The translations under genes and the position numbers were made by a program. The notes beneath the pieces were generated by a model. It saw only the letters and a program-made list of their open reading frames with translations, was not told the DNA's origin and ran no database searches. A DNA stretch of 64,000 nt from Kudoa neothunni. Taxonomy: Eukaryota > Animalia > Cnidaria. Every line of letters begins with the position of its first letter. Positions within the stretch are counted from its first letter, which is position 1. This document shows positions 49,401 to 62,974 of the stretch, in pieces. The stretch is taken from contig OZ199838.1 in the NCBI GenBank assembly GCA_964304625.1, forward strand, positions 13,537,945 through 13,601,944, written 5' to 3'.

Positions 49401-52393
49401 CAACTTTTTTTCTCATTAGTGTTCCTCAAATATACTCGCACCACAAGAATTCTTACTCCTCATGCTATTCAGCGTTTCAAAAAAGCTTGCCAGAAACAGT
49501 TTGATCTACAAAACAGGTACTTTTGTTACCATGGCGTATTTGCTCTGTTTTCCCAACTTAAATTAATGCAAAATAAAAAGTTTACATTTTTAAACACTAC
49601 CGATATTCGTTTCTCGACTGTTTTTCTCACAATTTTTAATTTGGCAACATGTTAATACTGTTTATTATCCATTTCTTACTCGAAATTATTTTTCCTTTAA
49701 ATATTTACACTATTCTATTGTTGTAAGAACGATCTGTGGCAGTAGGATACTTACGCTAACCAAATTTAATCTATAAGCTAATAAATTCTTTTGTTTTGGG
49801 TAGCGTGACCCATTCTAATATTCTTGCAGCATTATTTATTTTTGCGTCACAGTTAGATTAGGTACTGGCTATTGACACGTAAATTTTTAATCCAAAATGG
49901 TAACTACGTTAGCGCAGTGCCTATTTTTGATCACGAGAACTCCTGTTTATAATTGATCTACAAGATTAATTTCTTAAAATCTGCCGTTTTCGATTATTGT
50001 TTTCCCATCACTACCGCTCCTACGGACCGAAAATAATCAAATACAGTCAAAACTCTACCCAACTGGATATTATGATCCGTGTCAATAGCCACTTCCTATT
50101 TTAAATTAATTACATTAAGCGTAGTTATTGTTAACATTTACATTATATGTTTTAACACAAACATAATTTGTTATTTATTTGCAAATTTTAATCTTGTTTG
50201 GATGTTAATGAAAATTAAATTTTAACGAAAGATAAGGAAAATCTGAGTGTAGGAGATTTTTGAGTAAAATAGAAAACGATTGGGAAGAAGAGTTAGGCAC
50301 ATAAAATACTAATAATCGAATACATGCTTTATTAACCACTTTTTGCATTCTTAGACTTTTGAGTTCGTCCGAAATTCCTAAAAGTCATGATGAAAACGCT
50401 AGTGGCGTAGATAGTGAAACCGAAACTGTTGACAATGAGCAATTAGGAAAGGATCTTGAAGGATTCCTTAATGATATTCAAAGTATGCAACTTAATTATT
50501 GGATTATTTTAATAATTTTATTCTGAAATAGTTTATGATTCGAGCGAAGATTCAAATGATGATGATGATGATCATAATAGTGTTTCTGATACGGGCAGTA
50601 TCAACTCTTCTAAACATAACGCCGAAACCAACATCACAAAAATATCTAAAAATATTCCTAATAAGTTGGTTATAAAACGTTTTTTTAACAACAACGGAAA
50701 AACATACGAACGTACCGAGATTCTCACAAACCCCCGTATTATTAGTGCATACTTGAAAACAATTCGAAAAAATAAATCGTAATGAATTTTTGTCCCGAGT
50801 ATGCACATGTTCTGATTTTGTTGTAGCCTCCAAGAAAAAATTAAGGTGATATCAAATCCTCGACCTAAACCTTCAAAACTTACCAACTATAATATATCCC
50901 GATTGGATTTTGGTGTGGATCCACACTCGAGATCTAATTTAAAATCCAAATCTTGTGACAGGTTGGATTCAATTAAACCTAAAAATAATCCATCGCAGCT
51001 GCCAACTCAAAACCTTACTAAAACTGGTATGATGATTAATTCCATTCGTGTCCAATATCAAACTATTATAGATTCTATCAATGCGTCATTGAATTTGATC
51101 GCAGCGTCGTCAACTGATAGTGGTGGTGCTAGTAGTAAACAAAGGGCTGATTTTAACTCACCGATTTCTCCGATCTTTTCAGCTACATCCCTAAAACATC
51201 AGTCAATTATGGATGAACCACAAAAAACTGCCAACGTCAAGATAGAGGGAACAAAAATGTACATAGATAAATCGTTATTGCAGCTGTCGAAAGATAAAAA
51301 GAAAATCTATCAACAAGGTAAAAATATAAAAGATGAATCGATTGTGGGCGCTGGTGGAAGAAAAAGAAAATTCTCGGACACCTTTGATTACTATTTCTAT
51401 AAACCTTTCAAATCACATGGTAGAAGACGCATCAATCCACAAGTTTCATTGAATGCGATATTTGAATCTATTGTGGGTGATTTGAAAAAAGTTGAAGCAA
51501 GTTGGCCATTCCATCAACCCGTCAGTAGTAAACTAGTGGTTGACTACTACAATGTGATTAAAGATCCTATGGATTTGCAAACACTCAAAGATTTGACCTC
51601 GAAACACACATTCGCTAATAGAAAAGAATTTTTGGAAAAGTTGAAGTTGATCGAAAAGAATTGTATACTCTATAACGGAATCAAATCTCCTTTGAGTGCT
51701 ACGGCAAGCAAACTTGTGGAACAAGGACAAAAAATGATCAACGAAAAAGATGAAGAGATATTTGTTTTTGAAAAAGAAATAAACCCATTGTTGGATGAAG
51801 ATGCTCAAATACCGCTTTCATGGATATTTGAGAATATAGTCAACAAAGTGAAAACTATTAATGAATCGTTTCCGTTTCAACAACCTGTCAGCTTGAAATT
51901 ATTTCCCAATTATCTTGATTATGTCACCACTCCAATGGATTTAAGTCTCCTGAAATCTAACTGTCACAACCACAAGTACCCAAATGTGGATTCGTTTATG
52001 TATGATGTTCGGCTGTTGCATGAGAACTCAGTAAAATTCAACGGAGATGATCACAATGTAACAAATTTAGCCAACCGAGTAATTCAACAAGTGGAAGAAG
52101 CATTATTAGAGGTATTTGGACCATTCTTCTAATATAACAATGATTGTGTGGTATAGGTGAACGAACACATTCAAAATCTGCAAGACGAGATCGCTAGTCA
52201 ACCAGCCCATCTTAAAAAATTCTATGAGGAGTCACGTCAATCTTTGGGCGGTTTACATAACAAAAAGATCAAGAAAAATCTAACTCACAATCTCAAAGAC
52301 AAAATAAACATCTCCAGTAGCATTGAGGGATATGACGTTCTTAAGGATTTAGAAATGTCAGATGATGATGACGACGATGATGATGATGATTAG
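46452..52393 (+). CDS. TAF1: TFIID subunit TAF1 (DUF3591 core, winged helix, double bromodomain); start uncertain
   Basis: DGHIILIEYSEEFPPFL, SPFLGSL, ENNLCRAP, AGQQIP..IPVPGSK, RDLLQVYIYR, SENAIRKRLKYCSD, APWNTT, GPADPTG, RWEVVD, KIEGTK, RRRINPQVSL, two bromodomains (WPFHQPV..DYYNVIKDPMDL; FPFQQPV..PMDL) and an acidic tail. GT-AG introns include one of 838 bp. Confidence 0.95.
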
Positions 52394-53659
52394 AGAACAA
52401 CGGTTCATACTTCAACAAAAACTTAATATGTGTAGATGACATTTTTTATTTTATAAAATTGAAATGTTTCTCTTTAAATTTATCACCTAAAATAATTGGT
52501 TTAACTCTAACATGTTTCATTCTTAAGTAATGCTTTTATCTATTTAATACTTTTGATAAATGAAATAGTTTATGTTTATTATAAAAAATTAGTAGTTAAA
52601 TAAAAATATCTAAAAATTTTTAGCCCCTTGAAATAGGATTTTTGTTTGTTTGTGCTCACGGAATAAAGCCCGCGGTGTAGGTCGTTAGGATGCGAGGTTC
52701 CGGCTGCATTCACGGGGATGCTAGGTACTGCAGTTAGTCGCATCCAACCTCTCGTCTAATCCTTCTACAATAATCTAGGGAATCATCTAAATATTCTCTT
52801 CTCTAAGTGACTAACTTTTTCTAGATTTATCTCTTTAAGCTTCAAAGGCGGTAGCTCTGCATAAAATTATATTACCTAATATATCACAGATGGTTTAAGC
52901 ATCTAGTTCAACTCTTTCCGTTGTGATGTATTTGCGCTCATCACAGTCAATTACAGAATAAAGACACGCAGGGTGGAAACAACGGCTGTACCAGAGATGT
53001 GTTTGAACTCGCCATCTTCGAAATTACGATCAACTTTCTACACCATTTTCACTGTTTGATCAAGCATGTAGAAACTTGTTAAGCCATTTGTTAGCATTTA
53101 ATAAACTCCAGTTGTGCCTGATAAGCTTAAACATCACAAGCCAATGAGGTTAGCCTATGGACTAATAATAAAAAGATTGATTTGAATAGGGATGGAATTA
53201 ATTAACTTATTGGAACAAATTTAATAATAAAAAATAAAAAATAAGTCTATTCCATTATTATTTTTATTAATTATGGGCATAATCATGGAAATGATACTTT
53301 TAGCTAGGGTTGCCTCAATAGCAAAAAAATTCATGCCTTAAAAAAGCGGATCTCAACGGTTTTTTCAAATTTACTCCCTTAAGTTGAAAGCCAGATTCAT
53401 ATCTACTTTAAGGTTTTATAATAGTTAAGTTAAGGCAGAGTTTGTTTTGACGGTAAAGTCTAAACCTAAAAGGCGTGTACGCATGTACAATTATTAGTCC
53501 CATCAACTCATACTCACAAGTTGTCTACAGATTTAACTTTTTAGATTTTGCCAAATTCAATTATTTCTGACTCATTCCTTCGCTCTTATGGGCCAGAAAT
53601 AATTAAAAGTAGTCAAAAGTAGTGGCACCTAAATATTATTTACCATGCAAATATCCACT

Positions 53660-53940
53660 GTAATTACAATTATTAGGTTACATCACTAAAAGATAAACGA
53701 GTCATAAAATAAAGAGATTGATAGCATCTTTATAAATAGTTGTTAAGTAATTATTCCTAAAAACATTTTAAGCATTTCTGCCAACTTCTTATTGGGTTTT
53801 ATAGTCCTGAATAATATAATTTCTTAGAAATCCTTAAGTATACCACAAACTCCAGTATGCAAATATTGCCTCTGTCCAATTTTGATGGTACTTAATTTAT
53901 CTCCTATCATTTAAAATTTACCCCCTGTTGAGAACCACTG
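53660..53940. mobile_element. hAT-derived fragment homologous to the NDUFA12-intron element
   Basis: AAGAGATTGATAG...CTGAATAATATAA..CTTAGAAAT shared with about 30550-30670; terminus GTTGAGAACCACTG. Confidence 0.6.
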
Positions 53941-54670
53941 CCTAAACACAATATAATAGATATATTCTTCTTTAAATTAAATCAAATTTTAAAAATACCC
54001 AATATTATTGATAATTAGAATAATTTGTTTATTATTCTCTCTACAGATTTCACTTACGAATAGAAAGGAACTTTTATAAAATTATAAATAATTTTAAACT
54101 CTATTATAAAATAAAATTTATTTTATTTTTCAATAAATTAAATATCATTATTGTAATCAAATGAAATTTTAAAGAGTAATTTTCATCTCACCCAATGACT
54201 AAATGATTAATTAAAACTTTCCTTTCTTCGTATCTAATTAAAAAAAATTAAATAATTAATCATACAAACTAGATTATTCGATTCTAACTAAATTAAAATC
54301 TCAATGCCGGACATTCGCGCAATCGTCCCTCGATATCGATGATTGCAGAAACCGTTAGTATCTACAATACTTTTAAAAGGTGACATTAGCACAAACATAT
54401 TTTAATATTTTTATCTATCATCTCATTTACGAATCACACATGTTTCACGGTAGTTAAAATCTCATAAATTCTGGAAATAATAACCTTTCCTTGTCGTAAT
54501 GATTTATGGAAACATATAAACAAGATCATTACAAAACCAAAATCCATCCCAAACTACTGAAATGAGACAATTATAAACACCCCCATCTCAATGTCATGAT
54601 GAAACTCTATATTCGAAAACCTACACTCCCCTTAATCCTAACCCCAAATATTGCTATATTGGATATAATA

Positions 54671-56649
54671 CAGTCGAACCTGGATATTGTGTAATTTGTT
54701 TCCGTTCCACAAAAATTACGCAATAGGGAGGTTTTATGCAATACAGGGTATTGGCGGAAGATCATTACGTGTAAAAAACAAAAATTTATTCGGGGTTAAA
54801 ATAAAAAATAATTGGTCATTTCAATTTGTTTGCACCAATCTTTGATTATTTCAGATATGAACTCCATGACTGGGTGTGTTTTTAAAATAATGCTGTTGAG
54901 TTTTCTAACATAAAAGTTTTATGATAAAATTAATTGAATATTTGAGTTCCGCAGTTGACACAAGCGCTTTATCGTTTACAAAGTTTGGGGCGATATTTTT
55001 TTAATCTATCGGCTGTATACGATCCAGATAAAACTAATGATTCTTCATGTATTTTTTTCCTCTTCTTCAATGTTGTCGATTTCGTCACGTTTTTTATCCA
55101 AAACTTGAAGTTGATAAACAATTAAATAGTGTGACGAAATTTTATACATTATTTTCAGAAAAATCTTGATTCAAGTTTTCATTATCTAATAATGTTTAAT
55201 TTAATATATTGAAGGATCAAAATACAATGTTCAAAAAGTCTAGATTCTCTTAAGCAATTTTGAATGATAGTCTATGATACGTTTTCCAATGCATGTTTTC
55301 AAGTTTTAATAAAACCAAAACGGTATACTTAAATAAATTTGAATTATCCGTATTTACTTTGTTGCACTCTTCGTACTCTAGTGAATTTTTCGGAAATTTC
55401 CCAACAAAATTAATCACAGTTTGAGTATTTACATTGTTAGTTTTACCATGAAATATTTTTACAATTAATCCCAAATCTACGTTTAAATCCCACAAACCAA
55501 CCGTTACTACCGGTGAATTTGTCTATGCTTATGGATTTAGCGTTATTTCTGTCTTTTCCACGATGACATAAACAGGGACAACCTTTTTTTCATTCGCACT
55601 TTAGTTATCCACGTAAAAACTAAACTATCTAACACTGTGTATTTGTTTTGTTTTCTTTTTTTTTGAAGCCGAAATAGAATTAATAATATCATTCGAAAAG
55701 CTAAAATTCAATTAATAGTAGAATGTCTTGCAAATACATTATATTGGGGTTGGATAATTTTATTTAATTAGATGGCTTGGGATGTTCAAAGTCATTTCTT
55801 TTTCTCCTTTGAATGATTTAATCGAATTGTAATATTCGAAAATCTCATTTTTTTCAGCTACTGTTCGCTGATTCCTTGTCATTTTTGTTTTGCAGAATTC
55901 GAAAAGAAGATTAATTGAGGAATAACAAAATTTTTTATGTAAGACATTAATATTTATATTTTTAATGATGAATCCTATTCGGATTATATCATGCAGCAAC
56001 GCTTCCCAACTAAAATTAGACTCGCACCCGCTTGCATACGATAAGATGTAGCCGACTCAAAATTTATCAAACATTATTTTCTGTTGTGATCGGATCTCGC
56101 ACCCCCAAGCCCACAGTTCACACCTTTACGGGTGCGGGAACCATTGTCATGCAGGGTTTAAACATTTGCGATATTGAACGGCAACACGTTAGATTGTTTC
56201 ACATGACACGATTACATGATTACTCAGTAAACATTGTCGCACATTATTAGAAAATTTAAACTTCATTTCAAAATATATTTTGAAATATGAAGTAATTAAT
56301 TGTGAGTGTTCGTGCCAAAACATCGCAATCATACGACGATAAATTTAATGTCTGGAGACGTAATTATTGAATTGGAAGAAGATTAAAAACTTTCATAGGA
56401 ATGGTTCTATTTTTGGTTGTACTTTAAAGTAGTGTTTTTCTCGACCTTGGGATTTTTTCAGAACTCCGCTGGCACCTCTGCACAATAACGAGATATCTTA
56501 TATTTATACTTCTCTAATAAAACATTTTTATCCTGTTTGCTCCGGTAATACCAATTTAAATAATATACAACCAAAGTGTAGGCAAACAATCAAAATATCC
56601 CTTATATTTCAATAAACTTGTGAAATCACGCAATCTCCAGCTTCGTCTG
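54671..56649 (-). mobile_element. pogo/Tigger-like transposon relic, TA TSD
   Basis: TA|CAGTCGAACCTGGATATTGTGTAATTT ... AAATCACGCAATCTCCAGCTTCGTCTG|TA. Minus-strand N-terminal remnant MTRNQRTVAEKNEIFEYY resembles a psq/CENP-B HTH start. Confidence 0.8.
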
Positions 56650-56762
56650 TATATCTGATACCTCAGTGCGCCGCAAAGTTGGTACAAAACAAAAAAAATC
56701 GATTAAGAATAATCATATCATATGTCAAAAAGCTATATATTGGCCTAATGATAAATTGAGCA

Positions 56763-57322
56763 CTAACGATATGATTTCTGGTAGCGAGCCCTAGCACCAG
56801 GTCCACCGAATTTCTTAGCTTCACACAATCTTGGGTCGGCCACTAGAAGACTTCTATCGTATGCCAATATTACACTTTTGACAGCGGCCTTTCTGGTTTC
56901 ATCAACGTCTAACCCAAAAACCATACAGAAGGAGTCTATTATTAAAAAACATACATTTTTGAAGGAAAGCAACAAGACCACGAGCAATAGCCTGTCTAAC
57001 AGCATACACTTGTGCGGTTTGACCACCACCACGTACTCTAATATGAATATCTAAATCTTTGAAGTATTCACGTCCAAGCAAATGGATGGGTTCTTCAGCC
57101 TATTTTGTTATTAATTCATTAGTTCAAATTAGCTTTAACTGTAATGGTAGACTGTACTTTATCTCTTAGGATTTCTGGTTGGACTAATTTAAGAGGTCTG
57201 CCATTAATTCTAATAACACCAGTTCCTTCTTTACAAACCGCAAGAGCAGTTGCTGTCTTTTTACGTCCATAGACCTGAACGCGTTTCAACTGTGATTTAG
57301 GAGCACCAACCGAAGTAGCCAT
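56763..57322 (-). CDS. RPS16: 40S ribosomal protein S16 (uS9), 3 exons
   Basis: [44 protein letters not shown]...[25 protein letters not shown]|YVDE...[32 protein letters not shown]. Confidence 0.97.
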
Positions 57323-57976
57323 TGTGAACACGTTTGGAGTACGAAAGTTTTTGCCGATGAAATCCGATAGCCAACGAAAATACGAATTCCTTAAATTCGA
57401 CTGAGAGCCTAAGTTATTGTCGTATTCCAGCAAAAATAATTAGACTCGTTTAGAAAATCCTAATAATATTCTATAATATTTAGAATGATTAAAATTCAGT
57501 ATTCAACTACTGAGATATGATCAGTCTAATATTTATCTAGTTTTTTGGATACTTATAAATTATTTTGTATTAAATAAGAATTAAACTGAGTATTCTATTA
57601 TATGTGTTACAATAGGTTGAAGTCATTTCTTTTTGAAAATTAAAGTTATGTTGTGCTTGCGCAAAAAACAACAAAATATATTTACATTATTTCTATAAAA
57701 TTAATTCATTTCATTAAATAGAATTAAAAATAAAATAATTTAATTAATGAAACTATGGAAATTTGAAGTTTTGGGCGAATATTTTGTTGGAGATAGGATG
57801 TATGTTACCTTTTCACATAATCGAATAGCACAGAGAATGAATGATACATTTATACACAATAATAAACTGTTTATTTTTCCAGTTTGATATTTTATAAAAT
57901 TATATTTGTATTGTGATATCATGGAGACATAATTTTGTGGATTTATAAATATTTCTAAACATCAGCTAATGATCCT

Positions 57977-60510
57977 TTATAATTTAGTACGAAGATTAGA
58001 ATCAAATAAGCCTATAAATATAAGTATAACAAAAAAGTGTACGTTTTAAGCGATTCTTTCTGATAGAAGGCTCAATAATGTAAGTGACATTTAGTGGATC
58101 ATTGTTATCCCGATTTTCGGTGGCTGTTTGCCATTTTGTAATTTTTGAAATTTTTAGAGTTTTATTGAATTTGATGTTTCTAAATGAAATGACATTGTAG
58201 AAATAGGTGTAGGAGAAAGAGACAAACTTGTAGACATTTTTGCTGATGTGGATCTTGTTTGAAGGGGCTGCTTGCTCCAGTTTACTTGCATAATGAACTG
58301 TCTTACCAAATATGCAGAATCGGGGTGATCGTAAACCAACAATTCCGGCAATTACGGGCCCCGAATAAACACCAATTCTAATCTAAAATCACAAAAATAA
58401 CTCAAAACACATTATTGAGAAATACTTTGATTGGGTGGTCGGAAGTGATTTTCAGGTTGGAAATCGTATCAATCATTTTCAACCCACATTTGATTATTCT
58501 TGAAAATTTTGTTCCTTTGCATTGGATACCAGAAGCTACCATATAACCGTCACCACTAGTTTCAATCTAAAATGTCAACAAAATCATTATAATGAAGAAT
58601 GTTTTGTTGATGGGTCGAGAAAAATCTATAAATGTACTTTAGTTAGATTGTATTGACTACAGAATGCATCAAATTCGCCAAAGATTGTTCTCAGCATGGA
58701 AATAATTTCAATAGGAGTGTGATGGTTCGAGTAGGTGGTAAAAGATACCAGATCTGAGCACAGTAGTACGATTTCTTTGTAGTTGACCGCGTTGATAGAT
58801 GAGCCATTGATTAGTTTTGAGGAGAAATCGTTTGGATAGATATCTCGTATAATTTCCTCGGTTTTAATACATTCACTGGCAAGATCATGCTTTATTCTAA
58901 AATTTAGAAAAGATTAATTTAATTTTGGTGGGAAATCCTGAATTATGTGTGATTAGATTAATCAACATAACAAAAACAAATTGTCAAATTTGCCACTTAA
59001 CGCTGTGATAAATTAATAAATGTATATACTGTTCAAGTTTGTTAGTGAGAACCGTAAGTTTCTCCGAGTAGCTTTTCTCATGTCTAATACTATTCATCAG
59101 TATTATGGCATCTCGGGCGCCATTTTGAATTGGTAGATCACTAATATAGAGACCATTATCGTACAACTGATTGATATCATTAAAATGTGGATATCCAATA
59201 AACCTACACAATGGGTAAGAATAAGATATCAATACATGAAATATTCCGTTACCAGTAATTTTGAGTGTCTTCTTTAAAAGCAAGCTGTCCCTTAATTTTC
59301 AAGTCGTGACATTTTAAAAAATTGATGTCATTTGAGGGTCTGCAATGGTTGGAGCTGGTGACGGTTAGTAGTACGTTTGGTTTTGGTTTAATTAGGATTG
59401 ATACGTTAACATATTTTTTAATATCCGAAATTTTGGTGATATCAAATTTTGGAAAGATTATTTGAAACGCATCGATAAATGTGATATTTTTGTTGTTGAT
59501 AATGTGTGTTAACGCGTGCTCTAATAATGGCCCCAATTCCAAAATCACACCTATATGCAAAAATATAAGGTAGAATTTAACGGCTCAATTGCACAAAAAT
59601 TGTCCTTACCTTCGGCATTAAATAACACATATCCAGGCACGGCGTTGTTGATGAAATTTTTATCTACCAGGTCGTTGACCAAGGTGGTGGTTACTGGATC
59701 CAAACTGGCGGTGTTGGAGATTGGAGCGAACTTTTGGTTAATTCGTATGCTAAAAGATTGATTTTCGGTAGTCCAAGGTTTTACCACCACACACTTGGGT
59801 TTTCTATTGAACACCAACCAGTTACATTGTTTGACAAATCCTAAAAAAACATTCTACCACGAATAGCTCCAATGTCAACTTGATAATCTACTAATTTGGT
59901 AGTTACCTGATAGAAAAAGTGACCACATTTAACTTGTAATATATAATTCTGAAATGACTCTTCATAGCACACAAACAAAATATCACTGTCTTCACGTATC
60001 TCGGGAAATAATCGATTGATATTGTTTTTCATTTCATAAAAATTATTTATAAACTCCACTATATCTCTACCCAATACAAACATCCTATCGGGAGCGTTTT
60101 CCACCAAAAATATGGCTAAATATTTCCCCACCTTCTCGTAAATTTGACTTTTGTCTTTTTCTATAATAATTCACATAACTTTAGATTATGTAAATCATAT
60201 ACTTAACGATTTCGCCACTAAATCAACAGCAACTATAAACATGGATGGTTTTATGAGTGAGAGTTTTTCTATTTTAAAGTTTTGTATCATATCTAATATT
60301 TTTTTCATATCAAACTCTTCAGTGTTGGTGTTAGTTTTTCTAGTTTTTATATAAAAATAATTTAAAATGACTTCTATTTTGGTTTTATTTTACATGAACT
60401 TATTCCACAGTTTTTCCTTCCCTTTTTTCCACAGATAATAATAGAGATTAATCAAAAATATATTGAGCTAACAGATTGTATAGAACAACTTCGTAGTAAA
60501 AAGTTACCAT
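57977..60510 (-). CDS. Soluble guanylate cyclase subunit (degenerate H-NOX, PAS/HNOBA, coiled coil, cyclase), alpha-like residues
   Basis: ATG-only exon 1; LGRDIVEFINNF (H-NOX); GLYISDLPIQNGARDAIIL (HNOBA); LLCSDLVSFT, KIETSGDGYMVASG and IRIGVYSGPVIAGIVGLRSPRFCIFGKTVHYASKLE (GTP-specific E and C). Confidence 0.9.
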
Positions 60511-62974
60511 TTTATTATGATTGTTTTCATCTACGTGGGTGAACTTTTTTGGACTTTAACATTAAGCTGAATCCGTATTATTTGGCTAGGTAACTATAAA
60601 ATAGGGATTATATTCAGGCTGATTATTTTTCGGGCCTTATACTGAGTAATGAGTGGATTTTTTGTCCACCACACCAAAATCTACTAGGTAACAACATTAA
60701 TTTCAATTAGGTTATATATTTGCGTTATGAAATTTAGTTGTTACAGTGCTATTTGAAATCGGTTCAACAATACTCCTCTCGCAAAACTCCGCTCAAAGAC
60801 TCTTCATTAAACTCATTTACACCTTTCTGCTAAGTCTAATATTATATTTGTAGAAAAAATACTGTTTATTATTTTAATCGAAAATACCTTGCAATTTTAT
60901 AGAATTTTAATCGTTAATAAATTGATAATCATTGTTATGATTATTATTTCAAGATTAACCATACGAAGGTACGATTATATTCAATTATTTATGCATTAAT
61001 GTAATTAGTTTTTATTATGATTCTTTATTTGATGGGTTCAAACTATTTTTTAATATAATAACTAAAATCCTCAGAATACGTTTTCTCATTTTATTTTATC
61101 ACCAAACAAAGCAAATAAACGTTTTTTAATAGTGGCCAAATTTGTTTTTAACCCTTTCATGCATACTTTTTTGTTTGCGGTCTAAAGATGATATATTGCG
61201 TAAAAATAGTTAGTTATGTGGATTCAAAAAATAAAAATGCTCAAGCTAATTTTTATTAGCTATTATAATCGAATTACAACAGAATTAAATAAAAATCTTA
61301 TTCTAATGTATCATGCACACTCAAAAATTCTACAATGTCATTCGAATGCATTGAGAATTTATTTTGTACCTGATTTGTAAACAATGGCTAAATATAATCA
61401 ATATGTTTACATCGACCAATAGTTGTGTACATGCGCGTAAATGTTGATGTCAACTTTTCATTTTTGAAATTATTCTATATCTAACGAACGTTTAAATTTA
61501 AAGCTCTTAAAATTAGGTTCAACAGATTAATATTTCATAGGAAGTTGTTATTGGCACGGTAAATAATATTCGAGGGACACTAGTTTTCACTATATATAAT
61601 TATTTTTGGCTACTAAGAATTAAGCGGTGGGCCAAAAATAATTCCGTAAACAGTTTTTAAGTATGAGTTGGTGAGATTAAAAATTACAATAGCACGTGTG
61701 TACATACATTTCAGGACTAAATTTTCCTATGCCAAAAGCCACCTCCATAAATGTTTCCCTTATATATTAACTTTAAAATAATACAGAAAATAAAATAATT
61801 GTTGTTTTTATGAAGCAGTTACAAATTTATTCAACTTTTTATTTTATGTCGCGCATTTTTGGTGGCAATTGCAAGGTGTCTTTCGGTTGCGTGACTCCCC
61901 CTACTCCCGATTGATTTTATTTAATTAATATTTTTTATATGGAATATATTTAGTGAATGGCATAAAAGTTAATATAAATGCCAAAAATAATATTTTCTTG
62001 TTAGTTAACAGAGCAATTGTAAAAATATTTAGTATCGTCGTTGCTAATTAATAATCGGAATAATTATAGATATATACGTTAAATATGACTAACGATAAAC
62101 AATCCCATTAAGATATCTAACCAATGTTATATTAATTTGGAACAATTTAATTTATATTCTCGTTTCATTAATTCTTTTTCTAAATTTACTTATTTCATGT
62201 AAATGAAGATTTACCTATGAATATTGTTTTTAATGGCAGAATCACATCAGCAAAAATAAGAATATTTTTACTATATTATTAACTAGGTGGGTTCGAAAAA
62301 TCGATGAATCAGTCAATTTTACTTTGATTTATCGATAAAAATGTTAGATTATCGTTAATCAGAGTTATATCCAAAAAATGTGTGTGGGTCACGCTGGTAT
62401 ACTCTGTAACGAGCTATACCTACGACATGACTGGATCCAATAAATTGTATATTATTGTGAGATTAACATCATATGCCATAAAAACAGGTTGTACAGATAA
62501 TCCAAACAGTTTAACCGTAACACAGATGGTTTGGTCGATGGATAAGTTTAACTTAGTTCGATTGTAAAGTATATGGAAGTATGAGCGACTCTGAAGTGAT
62601 CCAGTATTACAACTAAAAAGTTATATCAGGATGCTTTAATTTTATAAATATATTGGTCATTTTTCAATATCTAAATGCAAAATTTTCTCCAGGCTCAGAG
62701 TTAAAGTAGAGCGTATATTGAATGAAATAAACATACTGTAAGATGCAATCGATCAGCTTGAGAATATTTTAGAGGATTGAAACTGTTACTGCTTGACATA
62801 TATATAACTAATTAATAATTATATATCCTATGGTTTTATTCATTTTAAAATATTGACTGACCAAAAAAAATAAAAAATTCAATTCTTGAAAGTTACTAAA
62901 AATCACGCTTCGGCATCAATCGACCGTCGCGCATATCAACGTGCACACATGATTGCTCCTGTTTTTGACGCAAT

